Assembly: GCF_009914755.1 (NCBI RefSeq)
Contig: NC_060938.1
Source: the human T2T-CHM13v2.0 reference genome, Homo sapiens
Strand: one strand, 5' to 3'
DNA length: 64,000 nt
The position numbers and the translations under genes were made by a program. Shown in pieces: positions 43,337 to 57,145 of the stretch. Within the stretch, counting starts at the first letter, position 1, and the number at the start of each line of letters is the position of its first letter. The notes beneath the pieces are model-generated. The model was not told the origin of the DNA. It saw only the letters and a list, made by a program, of their open reading frames with translations, and searched no databases.

Positions 43337-45620
43337 CCATTTCCACTCCTTGTTTGCTGGGCTTATGAATTCTGGCTATGGAAGAAACAGAACCATATAT
43401 TAAATGCTTATTTAAAGCACATACAGTCTGCTGAATGACTTCACTCCAGCACTACAAGTTATTACTCCCTGGCTGGCATTGTAAGCGAGTCTTCAAAGGG
43501 CTATTGCATGTTTCATCAAGCCAGCTGCTTCAGGAGGATGGGGAACATGGTAAGGCTTATGAATTCCATGAGCATGGGCCCATTGCCATGCTTATCTATT
43601 ATGAAGTGAGCCCCTTGATCAGAAAAAATGCTATGTGGAATATTTTTATGGGAGATAGGCATCCTGTAAGTCCATAGATGATAGTTTTGGCAGAAACATT
43701 GCATGCAGGGAAGGAAAATTCATAACTGAAATAAATGTCTGTTCCACTAAGAACAAAGCACTGCCCCTTCCATGACGAAAGTGGTCCAGCATAATCAATC
43801 TGCCACCAAGTAGGTGGCTTATCAACTTGGAATAGTGCTGTATCGGAACTTAGTGTTAGCTCTTAGCATGTTGGGTACTGAGCAGTAGCCATAGCCTTGG
43901 TGAGTAAAAGTCAATGTTGCTGAGCCCACACATAACCTCCATCCCTGCCACTATGGCCGCTGTGTTCATGAGCCCACTGGGTAATGACAGGGGTGCCTGG
44001 GGGGAGAAATGTACTGGTATCCACAGAACAGTTCTGTTCACTTAATTATTAATATCCCCCTCTGCTGTGATTACTCTTAGTGACCATTCACATAGGACAC
44101 AAACACCTTCATGATTTTGCCCATTTGGAGTTCATCCACATACCTCTTCCCCAGACTTCCTTGTTACCAGTTTTCCAATGATGTTATTTCCAAGCCTCTC
44201 ACCATCCAGTCAAGCCATTGGCCACAGCCCATGAATCAGTATAGACTCACACCTCTGGCGATTCCTCTTTCCAAGCAAAAGGAGCAACCACTGAGAGGAT
44301 TTTCCTTTACCACTGTCCTTTGGGGTGTCCCAGAAAATGACTGTAGCAGTGCAACTGTCCACTTTATCATGTAGAGCCATCTGTAAACCAATACTGAGTT
44401 TTCTCTTCTTTAGCCCAGCTGGTCATAGGAAACTCCCCCATGAAGCCAGAGGTATAGGTTTGGAGAGAGAAAATAATACAGCAAGAGAAGGGACCATGTG
44501 TATTTTGGTCACTTTCTCAAGTAATTTATTTTATGTTCAGGGCCTGTTCAAGTTCAACATTACATATACCACTTCCATTTCATAATGGAATGACAGTGTA
44601 CACATCAACTTGGCTAGGTGGGTCAGTCAACAGCAAGTTCATGATGCATAGCTCAGGTCACACGGAAATTGGTGGCCTTTGGTTAAGTTTTCTCTACTAA
44701 GGCCCAATAGCAAGCCAAAAGCTGTTTATCAAAAGGAGAGTGGTTATCTACAAAGGATGGCAGCTTTTTTGCTTCAAAGTCCTAGGGATCTGTACTGTCT
44801 AATCAGCATAATATTATCAAGGTAATGGACCAATGTGAAGTCTTATGGAAGCGAAAGACAATCAAGGTCTCTGTGGACTAAATTATGACTTAGGAACAGA
44901 GATTTGATATACTCTTGAGAGTGAAAGTGTATTGCTGACCCTACCAGCTGAAATTAAAAGGCTTCTGAGAGTCTTTACTAACAAGCATTTTTTAAAAGTA
45001 TTCACCAGTTCAATAGATGCATATCAGGTACCAGGAGATATGTTGATTTACTCAAGCAATGAAAGCACATCTGGAACAGCAGCTGTAATTGGAGTCACCA
45101 CATGGTTAAGTTTACAATAGTCCATTGTCATTCTCCAAGATTCATCTGTCTTTTGCATGGCCAAATAAGCGAGGTAAATGAGGATATGAAGGGAATCACC
45201 ACCCCTGCCTCTTTCGAGTCCTGGAGGGTGGCACTAATCTCTGAAATCCCTCTAAGAATGCATTGTTGTTTTGGGTTCACTATTTTCCTAGGTACAGGCA
45301 GTTCTAGCAGTTCCTACTTAAATTTTCCTACCGTAATACCCTCACTCCACAGGTCAAGGAACAAATGTATGGATTCTGCCGTTTACTGAGTTTGCCTATT
45401 CTACCAGAACTGAGGAAATAACTACAGGATGGGTTCAGTGGTATTCATGGTGATAAGAATCTGAGCTGAAACCCCATTGATCACCTGACCTCCATAACAC
45501 CCTGCTCTGACTTGTAGACCACAGTAATGTTTTGGGTCTTTTAGAATTAGTGTAAGTCCAAAACCAGTGTACGGTAATCCTCAAAAAGTTACTTCTTGTT
45601 CCTCAGTGCACAGTCACCCT
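43337..45620 (-). pseudogene. ERVL pro-pol remnant (protease, RT, RNaseH, integrase)
   Basis: Recognisable motifs with many stops and frameshifts; YxDD degraded to YLDN, followed by an internal deletion. Confidence 0.8.
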
Positions 45621-45802
45621 GGTAAAAGGTCATAGGTCCCTTTGAGGAAGGCTGGAATCAAGATTAACAATATAAATCTTTGGCAGTAAAGCATGATCCT
45701 TTCTCAAGGGCACCTGACCCCCCACCCCCCGCCCCTTCATTCAAGGGATTCTGGGCTTGTAAACTTGTTTAAGTCTGGGAATTAACTGAGGACCCATGAC
45801 TC

Positions 45803-46568
45803 TGTCTTAGTTCACTAGAGCTGCCATAATAAAATACCACAGACTGATCACTTAAACAACATAAATTTATTTTCTCACAGTTCTAAATGCTGGAAGTTCA
45901 AGATCAAAGTGTTGAGACATCTGTTTTCTCCTGAGGCCTCTTTCATGGTTTGTAGATAGCCATTTCCCTGTGTCTCCGCACAGCCTTTTTTATGTGCTCA
46001 CCCATCCCTGGTGTTGCTTCCTCTTCTTATAAGGACACCAGTCATATTGGATTAGGCCTCAATGTGTAAGAGCTCATTTAATTTTAATTACCTCATTAAG
46101 GGGCCTGTCTCCAAATACAGTCACGTTGCGGGGGCAGGGGGTGGTGGTTAGGGTTTTGTATTAATTTATTTTCACACTACTATAAAGATGCTACCCGAGA
46201 CTGGGTAGTTTATTTAAAAAGGAGATTTAATTGACTCACAGTGCCACATGGCTGGGAGGCCTCAGGAAACTTATAATCATGGCAGGAGGGGAAGCAGTCA
46301 CCTTCTTCACAAGGTGGCAGGAGAGAGACAAAGTGAGTAAGAGAGGAACTACTAAACACTTATAAAACTATCAGAGCTCCTGAAGACTCACTATCATGAG
46401 AACAGCATGGGGGGATCTTCCCCCATGATCCAGTCACCTCCCACCAGGTCTCTCCCTCAACACCTAGGGTTTACAATTTAAGATGAGATTTGGGTGGGGA
46501 CACAAAGCCTAGTCATATAAGGCTTCAACATATAAGTTTTTGGGGGGAACACAATTTGCTCCATAACA
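45803..46568 (-). mobile_element. MLT1B-like solo LTR nested in ERVL-int
   Basis: tgtcttagtt...gctgccataataaaataccacagactg...ttcttataaggacaccagtcatattggattagg...ctccaaatacagtcac...ccataaca. Confidence 0.8.
46157..46520 (-). mobile_element. THE1C/D solo LTR nested in MLT1B
   Basis: tgtattaatt...cccgagactgggta...ggcctcaggaaactta...tgagatttgggtggggacaca; TSD ggttt/ggctt. Confidence 0.85.
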
Positions 46569-47667
46569 CTCTATTTTGGTAATTCAAAGTCGATTTCAGT
46601 TCCCTTGACCTAGAGCTCCTCCACTTTTACAGATCAAGTAAGAATTTGGTAGAAAGCCCTTCTATTTCTTTTCTAGAGACAGCATGATCAACTAGCCAAC
46701 ACCAGAGATCACTACAAATCAGAGTATTCTGATTATTGCTTTGGTAGCTGCAGTTCCCACTGTAATTACTGACCTCCAAAGAAGAGTAACCACAGAGCTC
46801 TTCAAGGGCATGGGACTGTCTTCACAAACTTATTTTTCATTGTTGTGGTAGGAGGTGGAAGGAGAGTCCTCTAGACTCTCCCAGGGAGGATGGGTAGATC
46901 TTACATGATAAGTCTACACTAACATTCCAATCTCCCTATGCCTTGAGATACCTTCCTCTGCAGTATAACCAGCAGTTCTGACATGTCGACTGCATTTAAT
47001 TTAGGCAAGACCTTTCAGTCCATGTTTCAGCTAACAACATACTGTAAGAGCCCTTTCTAAATTCTCAAGCTGAAAAATTGAATCTAGAATCTCTGCTTAG
47101 TGGGCCCATGTCAATAAATATTATCCCACACTTTTGATATCCATTCCCTCACAGATTACTGTCTGTATAAATTTTAAAATTATGTAGTTGTTTGCTGTGT
47201 AGTGCCCTTCCTTCTGGGTCATACTTTGTACTTTACCCATTAGACTTGAGTCTAGTTATACTTTTAAAAGCAAAGTGGGTGGAGGGTGTGTCCTAAGGAG
47301 AATCAGTGGTTGTCTTGCCAGGCAACTACACTAGGAGAGGTCTTTACAGATTCTTCAGACAAAGCAGAGTTAACGTCCTTCAACAGGGATGGAAGGGCTG
47401 CTTCCATTCACCAGGACTTTCTTACTGGCAAAGAAGTCCTAGTGAATTCAAGCGTTCAGTATTCTCAAGTTTATTGGGATCTTTCTATACATCTCCATTA
47501 TAGTTTTCTGAATCCCATTTCTCCCCAGTCAATGCTCTCACTTTAACAGAAGAAACTTTGTGAGGTTGATAATACAATTGTTCTTGTATTAAAGCTGTTC
47601 CCAGGATAAGATTCAGGGTTTGGCTTTCAGAAATTTCAGCCCTGGGACTGTAGGAGGTAAGAGTTTC

Positions 47668-48038
47668 TGCTGTAGATGAATGTTTATGTAACCCCCACCA
47701 AAAGGCATATGTTTAAATGCGAACCCTCAAGGTGATGGTATCAGGTATTAGGAGGTAGGATCTTTGGGAGGTGACAGGTCATGGTCAGAGCCCTCCTGAA
47801 TGAGATTAGTGCTCTTATAAAAGAAGCCCCAGAGACCACTCTCACGTTTTCCACCATGTAAGGATACAGGAGAAGATCACCATCTATGAACCAGGAAGTG
47901 AGCCTTCCCTGGACACTAAATATACCGTTGCCTTGATCTTGGCTTCTCAGCCTCCATAACTGTGAGAAATAAATTTCTATTGCTTATAAAATACCAGTTT
48001 ATGGCATTTTGTAATAGCAGCCTATATGAATTAAGACA
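47668..48038 (+). mobile_element. MLT1A0-like solo LTR nested in ERVL gag
   Basis: tgctgtagatgaatgttt...agagccctcctgaatgagattagtgctcttataaaaga...actgtgagaaataaattt...taagaca; perfect TSD gtttc (47663-47667, 48039-48043). Confidence 0.85.
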
Positions 48039-48394
48039 GTTTCTTTTAGGGAAGATATAAACGTTTTTAGCTCATTTATTTCAAGCTGGAACTAGGAATT
48101 TCAAGCTCCTAGTTCATCCTGTTTTTCCTCTTTCCCCAGCAGTTAGCAGCAAACCAGTCAATCTCATCATGCTCCTTACTTCGACTAAAACGTTCTAAGA
48201 TATCAAATACACAATCAACCAGGATTTTGCCTTTTATCTGCATTTGATCAGGAGTATCTGATGACAGTATTATATGTATTTCTATTGCTACACCATGCCA
48301 TGGACTACCAGTGTCTACTTTTTCACTGGAAATAGAGTCATTAGTGCCTTTAAATCTAATCAGATTGGAGAACCAATTTATACTCTTCAGTGTC

Positions 48395-48423
48395 TCTAGA
48401 ACCACTCTTGGTATCAAATTCTC
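48395..48423 (-). promoter_or_regulatory. ERVL primer-binding-site region
   Basis: Minus strand gaatttgataccaagagtggttctaga directly after the LTR, resembling the ERVL (tRNA-Leu) PBS region. Confidence 0.55.
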
Positions 48424-48791
48424 TGTCACTCAGAGTTCTACTAGAGAAGTAAAACCAGTTATATGATTGTTGTTGTAGGGGGTGGCAAGTCTGAAATCCA
48501 TAGAGCAGGCCAGCAGGCTAGAAATTATCAGCCAGGAGCTGATGCTTCTCTCCAAAGGCATAATTTCTTCTTTTTTTTGGTTCAGAGAAAACCGTTTTGC
48601 TCTTAAATCCTTCCAACTGAGTGGATAAGGCCCACCCAGATTATTAAGGATATTATCCTTTATTGAATGTCACCTGATTGTAGGTGTTAATCACATTTGC
48701 AAAATATATTCACAGCAACACTTATATGAGTGTTTAATTGAATAAGTGAGTACTATAACCTAACCAAGTTGACCTATGCAACTAAACATCA
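48424..48791 (-). mobile_element. MLT2D-like 5' LTR of the ERVL provirus
   Basis: ggcaagtctgaaatcc...gcaggccagcaggct...ccttccaactgagtggataaggcccacccagattat...ttcacagcaacac...ccaagttgac. Confidence 0.8.
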
Positions 48792-49665
48792 TGCTATTGT
48801 CTGCTCAGAAAAATTGGGACATTAGAACACGTGACATTTCAAGAAAATGAATTCCATATGATAGTCCATCATTCCAAGTATTGCTCTGCCATTGAACTCA
48901 GTCCAGGTAATTCTGGAATTAAATCAAAATCCAATAACTGAGATGAAGCCAATGTTGACCTGTCAAAGGCAACACTAGAGCAATGAGACCGGCATCTCAA
49001 GATAGTTAAGCCTTTGGGTATGGGTGTTGGTCCCTCAGTGGATAGCAATGAAGGGACCCTCCTACCCCGAAGTAGTTCCATTGCCTTAAGGCACACTGTT
49101 TCCAGTCATTTCTTTTCAAAATGATTTCTGAGACTGTTCATATTATTAGCAAGAATTATATTAAATAGTCAACAAGACTTTTTGCAAGTATCCAAGGAAA
49201 TAAAACACAGAGGTGTATTTTTTTCATCAAAACAGAAAGGGGAGAGAGGGGCTCCTGGTTGAAAATTTATTGAACTTTAAGAATAAGTAAGTCATTTACA
49301 TTAATTCATCTTATCCTCAAAACAATCCCAAGAGCCACTATTATTATCCCCATTTTAAATAGGGAAATTGAGGTTAATAATTGGTACCACTGAAAGTTTC
49401 TTTATCGGTCTGACTCCAAATACCATTTCCACTACATCTAGTTCCTGCCCAAACAGAATATATCTCCAAGAAATACAGAGAGCCCACATACTTAGGGAAA
49501 CAGAAATGAACTGGACTCTGTTTCACTTCTGCCCACATGGACAACTATTATTCTGTCCTTCTCAGAGAACAGGTAAGTCATCTTTGGTGGCATCCAACGT
49601 CTCAAAACTAAGAGTAGACCAAATTCTCTCTGGAAGCCTCATACATCCCCCCTCCCCAACGGCAG

Positions 49666-50317
49666 CCAGTCCCTGTCAGTCTTAGATCTAATATTCACAG
49701 GACCTGTGGCATGAATACAAATGAAGACCCATATACTGATGTTATCAACTGAGCTCGCAAATTCTGTATAAAACATGTTGTATCTTTCTACCTTGACAAG
49801 TATGCCTTCATACTAATCTGGAAGGCCAGTTCAAATTTACCAGTCTCAGACTCTTCAGCGTTTCATGCAGGAACGTGGTGGCAGTGTGGAGGAAGTTGGC
49901 TGGGTCCTCAGCCTAGAGCCCACCCCACTTCTATTTCTATCCCCAGGTGCCTGTTGCACCATAAGGAGGCTCACGTGTGCCCACTCCATCCGGCATCTAC
50001 GCTTTGTCCACACCTCTACTAACAGCCTCCCCTTGGCTGCCTCAGGGGCCTGAGGATTCCCACCTGCAGAGTAACTTCCCCTCAGAAGAATGGACTCCAA
50101 CAAGAGACCCTGGAAGTGGGATCAGGCTACTTTGGCAAGGAAGTCTGGTTACCAGGTTGCTAGAGGGTTCTGGAGAAAAAATGGGAATGGACTGTGCCTG
50201 AACACCTCCCCTTGCCCTCTGGGTTCTGACACAGCTGGAAAAGTTGCAGAAAAGGACACTGTAAAGCATGGAGACCCAGGACAGGGATGCCTTTGGCTCA
50301 GGCAAAGAGCAGTATGA
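49666..50317. mobile_element. Ancient hAT-Tip100-like DNA transposon (FordPrefect-like)
   Basis: atacaaatgaagacccatatac...ctaccttgacaagtatgccttcata...ctggaaggccag...ggaacgtggtggc resembles this family from memory; boundaries approximate. Confidence 0.4.
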
Positions 50318-51759
50318 AGACTCAAAACAGCCTCCTGACAAATTGGCTGTAGCTCTTAGTCCCTCAACGACTACTGTGCCTGCCCCCCTCACTTAGCCTG
50401 CTTCTCTCACTTACTGCCAATTCCAGACCCGTTAAGACAATGGATTACCACAATGTTCATTTTACAATAACATACACAAGGCATGAATTCACAGTAACCA
50501 AGCCTCAGTACACTCTCAAACAGCTATGACTAGGGGAAATGGTCTGGCAGGGTTTTGCACTGTAATATTTATCATAGCAATATCATAGTCTCCTCACCAA
50601 CGCACACACACACAGGTTGTATCAGTTTGCTCCAGAATCCAATAAAAGGAAGCAACAAATAGAATACGTTTAACTAAAGTCACTAAATACAGGCTTTTCC
50701 TTCAAAACAACAAAAAAAGGAAAATGAATAAAACAGCCTACTTTGATTAGGCTTTGATTTCTCTGAATCACAGGCATTGTTTTTAATAGGTCTTGGAAGG
50801 TTCAGAAAACAGTTGTTAAGTTTCCTAACTTTCTCTGGTCTCTTAAAATCTCGGGGGTTTATTCATGGTCCCTACATTCTAAGTAGGCATTGTAACTCTG
50901 AATACTATATTAGTGGAATTTGCATAGTATTTTTTAGTTGGAGGAATGACTCCTGTGGAAGGATCATGGAAAGTTGCTGGCCCTACTCATGCATGTGGGT
51001 TCTGGGGCTGCCAACACTTGTGTTATTTCCTATAGCTATCAGTCCCACCGCACATTTTCAGCACTTTTAATCCTTTCTCGTCACATTGTCTGAATTCTCT
51101 TTCACTTTTATCTATGACATTTTTTTTTACTCACATGGTGCAGTCCCTTCTTTTTCTTTCTTGATAGGTTAAAACAATGTTCCTGTTGTAAAGTCACTCT
51201 CACCCTCTGTGTAGGCACATGATCAACTCATATATGACATTTTCAAGTCATGGGCATTTGGCTATGTCTTGGACACAGGAGATCACTCCATGCCTCCCTC
51301 ACACCATAAAAACCACTTTTTTATTTTAAGTAAACCCAACGAGGATCAGAAGTATGAAAACTCATTCATGCGTGTGAATTAAAACAGGCTTAGAAACACA
51401 AGGGGAAGAATGAATCAGTGGTTAAATGCACACTGGTCATGAGTGTTTTTCCTTGCTAGTGCTCCAGGAATTAAAAACTATTTAATCCATAAAATAATTT
51501 TTGTACATGAATTTGTATTTCTTTGGGAAGTCATGGGAAGAAATACACCAGTTAAAATATCAAGTTCACACTCAACTTTCTCTATGACAGTGGGAAAAAA
51601 AAGGTAATCTTCCCAGAGAGCCTGGTCTCATAGTAAAGAGAAATAATGCCTAACTTACAGTGCTGTTTCTGGGGGAAAAAAATTAGGTCCTGATACTAAG
51701 AAGAAATTCAATAAATGTTAGTTTCTTTCTTCCCACTTGGGTACAATTAGCTAAATGTA

Positions 51760-52210
51760 CAGTAGAAAGTATGGCATGAGGACTTCTGAAACCAGAAAGA
51801 CCAAGGTTTAAATTCTGCTACTTGCTTTGCCCTCCTTGGACAAGTTACTCACTGTCTCTGAGCCTCAGTTTCTACATCTGCAAAATAGTTAACTACTCAA
51901 AGTGTTGTGATGAGGACTAAATGTGGGATGCCTTGGAATAGGGCCTGACACACAGTAAGAAATCAATAAATTTAAAAATAGCTGAATACATGGAGCAAAG
52001 TAGTTCACGTTTCATATCCTGACTCTGTCACTTCCCAGCTATGTTAACTCGGGCAAATGAACCTCTCCAAGAATCATTTTCTTGTATTCTTAAATTAATA
52101 ATTTCTACTTTATCCATTTTTTCATGAGGTTTATATAAAGCAATGTAAGGAAAGTGTCACATTTAGAGTCTGGCACATATTAAGTGTTAATAAACAATAA
52201 CAATAATTAA
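51760..52210 (+). mobile_element. Two adjacent MIR SINEs (~51760-51970, ~51990-52210)
   Basis: ccttggacaagttactcactgtctctgagcctcagtttctacatctgcaaaat...cctgacacacagtaag; tcctgactctgtcacttcccagctatg...tctggcacatattaagtg. Confidence 0.65.
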
Positions 52211-52473
52211 TACCTTTAAAGAAGAAATTGAAAGCTGCCAGGGGAAGAACATTATTAGATCTTCTATTACAGATGTATATGGTTAAATTGCAGAGAAATA
52301 GGTAACACTCAGAATCCAAAAATAATAATATGGAGGTAAACTGGAGAGCCGTTTCAGAAAACTTCTGATGGATTCTTCTCTCTCTCTCCCTCCCTCCCCT
52401 TCCTTTCCCCCCACCCCAAGAAATAGCAATATATATAAAATACACACACACACACACATTAAGACAAGATAAG

Positions 52474-52775
52474 GACCAGGCTCAGTGGCTCACGCCTGCA
52501 ATCCCAGTACTTCGAGAGGCCGAGGCAGGTGGATAGCTTCAGCCCTGCATTTCGAGGCCAGCCTGGGCAACATGGCGAGACGCCATCTCTACAAAAAATA
52601 CAGAAAATTAGCCAAGCTTGGTGGTGAATGCCTGTAGTCCCAGCTTCTCAGGTGGCTGAGGTGGGAGGATCAATTGAGCCCAGGAGTTTGAGGCTGCAAT
52701 GAGCTATAATTGCACCGGGGCACTCCAGCCTGGGTGACAGAATGAGACTCTGTCTCAAAAAAAAAAAAAAAAAAA
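52474..52775 (+). mobile_element. AluJ (Jb-like)
   Basis: ggtgggaggatcaattgagcccaggagtttgaggctgca; A19 tail; TSD aagacaagaYa at 52461-52471 and 52783-52793. Confidence 0.92.
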
Positions 52776-52819
52776 GAAGAAGAAGACAAGACATAGTGTC
52801 CTAGAATAATTGTTGAATT

Positions 52820-53247
52820 TGCTAAAATAAAAACTTCAGCTGAATTAAATTTAAAGGAATTTAATTGAGCAATGAATGATTTGCAAATAGAACAGCCAGA
52901 ATCACAGCAGAGTCAGAGAGGCTCCAGGGGTGCCTCATGGTCAGAACAAATTTATGGACAAAAAAGTAAAGTGATGTACAGAAATCAGAAGTGAGACACA
53001 GGAATGGATGGATTGGTTACAGGTTGGCATTTGCCTTATTGGAACACTGCTTGAACACTTGGCAATGTATGAGTGGTTGAAGTACATCTTCTGGGATTGG
53101 CCAAGACTCAGCTATTGTTACAGGTGCATACTCTTAAGTTAGGTTTTCAATCTTGTCTACCTAATAAGTTAGGTTGCAGTTCATCCACAAGGACTCAAAT
53201 ATAGAAGTACAGAGTCCTTCTCAGGCCATATTTAGTTTGCTTTAACA
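52820..53247 (-). mobile_element. MER57A-like ERV1 solo LTR
   Basis: Minus strand begins tgttaaagcaaactaaatatggcctgagaaggactc; 4-bp TSD aatt/aact. Confidence 0.82.
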
Positions 53248-54130
53248 AACTGAATTAGGTGGACCTTGTCAATTCTTCTGGTAAAGCACCTATCACCTTG
53301 AATGAAAAAGTGAGAGATTCTTAAGTCCAGAAAATATATGCTTTCTCCTTGTGTGCTTATCACAGAGCCTGGCACAGAGTAACTTCTCAGTAATTTTTAA
53401 TCCATTTTTAATTAAATTTTTCTGGCCCTATTGGCCTGTATTCCCATCAGAACATGAGCACCTAGCATGCACGGATGTTCGAGTTCATTTCCGTATCCCT
53501 TGCATCTGATCCAGAATCCGGCACATCGTGAGTCCTCCACAAGTCCCGAACAATAAATTAATTAATTAAATGGATATCAGTTAATTTAACTGAGTTTGTG
53601 ACACTGACAGCATAGCATTTTTTGTTACTGGACTCCTCGGAAGCATGAGAATCCAGCCGTGGTGTTTTCTTGTTTACGTACCTATCAGTCAAATGCTAAG
53701 CTGCTCAGCTGTACTTGTTATTGCTCTCCTCCCACTGTTATAACAAGCATCTCCTAATAGACCGTACCTTTCAGCAAACTGCCGCATGCTGTGATCACAC
53801 CAGATAAACTAGAGCCATAACAATAAGGCTAATCTTGCAGAGATTAAGTCATAGCAGCTCACAAAAGGAAGATGTTGCGATGTCAGAGGCAGCCACCTAC
53901 TACCGAAGCACTCAGAGGAGAAGTGGGAGGAAAGGAGGATGCTGGATGCAGATCCAGGCTCTAGGAGAACCTGTCTTGTTTCCCTGGCCCAGAAGTCAGA
54001 GGAAGGTCCATGAGGATAAGACCTGTGGTGAAGAAAGTCCTGCAACAGCAAGAGAACAAGGCTTCTCTATTTGGAATTTTGTGTTTGCAAAAAGCGAAAA
54101 TAAAGTAACTTTCAAAAAAAAAATCAGCTT

Positions 54131-54504
<374 letters not shown>

Positions 54505-56333
54505 CTAGGACCCACTGACTCTGACACCCAGTCTCTGGTGCAAAAGAATGACTATTGGTGCTGAGTCCTGCAGGGGCTTGGTGGGCTGGGTGAGTGAGGC
54601 TGTCTCAGGATCACTTACTGGACATTGGTGAGACCATCTCTGTTACAGGGGTCTAAAATCTTCCAAGTCTTTACCTAAGATTGAAACATTACACTACAGG
54701 CTTTTTCTCCATTCTCAGATCCTCCAAACCTAATTGGGGTTTATGTAAAGCTCCCCACCTGCTCCACCACTGCAAGGCTCAGGCCCCAGTGTGAGTCTTT
54801 TCCTTCTCTTCCACTTTTCCACTCAGCCCAGCACTCTGGTACCATGAAGCTGGTAATCTCTGTTTTGCTGCTGAGTTCCCTCAGGCCCACAGTCTTTGAG
54901 ACTCAGAAGCCAAAAATTTGGCTACTTCGTTATGTCTTCTGTCATGCCACTCTCTTCAGAGCCATGAGTGATGCTCTGCAGGGGAGTGGCCTGCACCTGC
55001 GAGAGTACGGGAAAATGCAGGGCAAGTCTGCACGGAGATCCGTGTAGAAACTCTCCCTAGCAGCTCCAACCGGCCCTGGTGGGGGCACAAGTCGGTCCCA
55101 AAAAACCTCCCACTGAGTCTCCTCTGGCTTAGGCCTAATTTTGTTTTCCCCACAAGATGGGGCATTTCAGAAATTGTGGAGCTGAAGAACGACTGGAAAG
55201 CTGGAGGTTAATATAGGATGGGGACTATTTAGCAATTCTGACAATAAGGCTGAAGCCAGGCTGGAAGCTACAGATAAGGTTATGCTTCCCACGCTGCAGG
55301 CTGGGGGCAGCCTCCAGATCCCATGCTAAGCTGGGGGCAGGGGGATGGGGAAGATGGTGAGACAGAGACCGACTCCAATAGCGCAGACCCTGGGGCCAGC
55401 GTGTAAGCCAGAAAAATGGGAACAGGATATTGGAGTTCTGAGCCTGAGGCTGGAAAGATGACCTTCAGATTCACATGTGGCTGCTGACCCTGAATGAGCT
55501 CTCTCTTTGTGCCACCCTGGCTTGACCCAGGCTTCCTTGTGTGGACAGAAGGAGCTGTCCTTCTGAGGTCAGACAACTATGGGTTAAATCCCTGGTCTGC
55601 TCTTAACCCTAACAAATTACTTAACCTCTTGCTGTGCATCTGTTTTCTTATTTATCAAATGTGGTAAACTTTCTCCCAGCTCCAAGTTTTTAAAGTTGTC
55701 ACACGCCTCCACTCGCACACATGCACATGCGCACACACACACACAATACACATGAATCAGTCACCTATTCAACCAGGGCTTTCTCTTCAGCGACTCAGGA
55801 GCTCCGCAAATGCTGGGTAAAATTAAAACAACTTCCTCTAGGCTCCCCCAGTGAGACGGGTTTGGCTCCCCAGCCAAAAGTGGTTCCTTTGACTCTCTTC
55901 CTTCTTTCCAACATCAACTCATCCTCTTAAAGAAGAATAAACTCTTTTTACTCCTGGACAGTCACAAGCCCAACTAGAAATCAAGTACTAAAGCTATAGC
56001 TTTTATTTACTGAGCTTTCCTAATTATCTGGGTGGTTGCAAACTCCACCTGTGCCATGATCAATCCTGGGCCTGCATTAGCATCATAAAACCTAACAGCC
56101 TGTATTCTAAATGCACAGCAAATGCCCAGCAAAGGTCCCTGGGGAAAATGGCATGAGATCATTAACTCATCTTAGAAATTCAGGATATTCTTCATTTCCT
56201 TTCTCTGTCTCTTCCTCTTTCTTTTCGCAATGAGCACCGGAGTGTCGTGTTGGGAAATGAAGAAGCAGAAGAAGAGAATGGTACCATCTTGGCACTCATG
56301 CCCTCCATTTGTAAATGAATAGATTGTGGTGAG

Positions 56334-56507
56334 TATTGGTTTCTACCCTGGCTAACCATCAGAATTACTTATAGAATAACAACAAAGTTTCCTGGGCCAT
56401 CTATATCTGCCTCAGGCCTATTGAATCAGAATTTCCAGGGCCAGTGCATCTGTTTTTTCAAAGCTTTCCAGGAGATTCTTAAGATCGGTCAGGTCTGAGA
56501 ACCACTG
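56334..56507. mobile_element. MER5A hAT-Charlie MITE
   Basis: catcagaattac...ctattgaatcagaattt...gctttccaggagattct...gagaaccactg. Confidence 0.65.
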
Positions 56508-56734
56508 GACTCTATAGATAAAACCCAGGCCACCTCAGCTTCAATAATCACCTTCCATTAAATTTACATTCTAGTTACTGCCATCGTTAAGGATCCTGTT
56601 ACACACTTGTATTTATAGCAACTAACACATGTCAGAAGGATCCAAATGGTCTATCTTATAGGAAACAATATGTCACATGGGAGGTGGCTGAGGTGCCTCT
56701 CAGAAACTTAAGAGTTTATTTGGAGCTAAAACAT

Positions 56735-56920
56735 TTATCAGGAGGGATTCTGTTGGCATTTCCAGCTGGCCAGCTTTACCTTTTAGGAAACTGCCTCATG
56801 CATTGCAGGGCATAGAGCATCCCTGGCCTCTATTTGCTAAATATTTGTAATATTCCCAGATTCACTGTGGCTATCCAGACAGACTTCTCATATGAGGAAA
56901 CTGATGCCCAGCTCACTGTG
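56735..56920. mobile_element. MER20-like hAT-Charlie fragment
   Basis: ctgttggcattt...tgcattgcaggg...gcatccctggcctcta. Confidence 0.5.
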
Positions 56921-56969
56921 AGAGAATGAATAATAATAAATAATTCCTACTTATAGGATCTAAGGAGGA

Positions 56970-57145
56970 TATCATTTATTAAAAATAAAATAAATAATTA
57001 TTACTTGTAATTATTTATAATTAATTATAATTATAATTAATTTATAGTGTTTTATAATTATTTTAATTAACTTATAATGTTATCAATCAATATTAATTAA
57101 AATTATTATTCATAATTATTATAATATAATATAATAATTATTCTT
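56970..57145. repeat. AT-rich low-complexity tract inside a MIR
   Basis: Almost entirely A/T; MIR sequence on both sides (cctacttatagg | ttattgtgagacttaaatga...gcctggcac). Confidence 0.85.

Larger units (their letters stand above)
43337..48423 (-). mobile_element. ERVL internal region (ERVL-E/HERVL-like gag-pro-pol), heavily decayed
   Basis: Minus-strand translation gives RT (SWRMTMDYCKLNHVVTPITAAVPDV; TLVHYLDNIMLI at ~44801-44842) and integrase (IPHSIFSDQGAHF); gag remnants ~46570-48400; PBS next to the LTR. Confidence 0.85.

Noticed and set aside
43337-48423. Co-opted ERVL gag or pol gene
   Set aside because: Numerous stops, frameshifts, deletions and three LTR insertions; the longest ORF is about 106 aa and YxDD is lost
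42550-53247. Two MER57 LTRs as the ends of one provirus
   Set aside because: Each has its own 4-bp TSD, their U3 regions differ, and the sequence between them is ERVL and unique DNA, so they are independent solo LTRs
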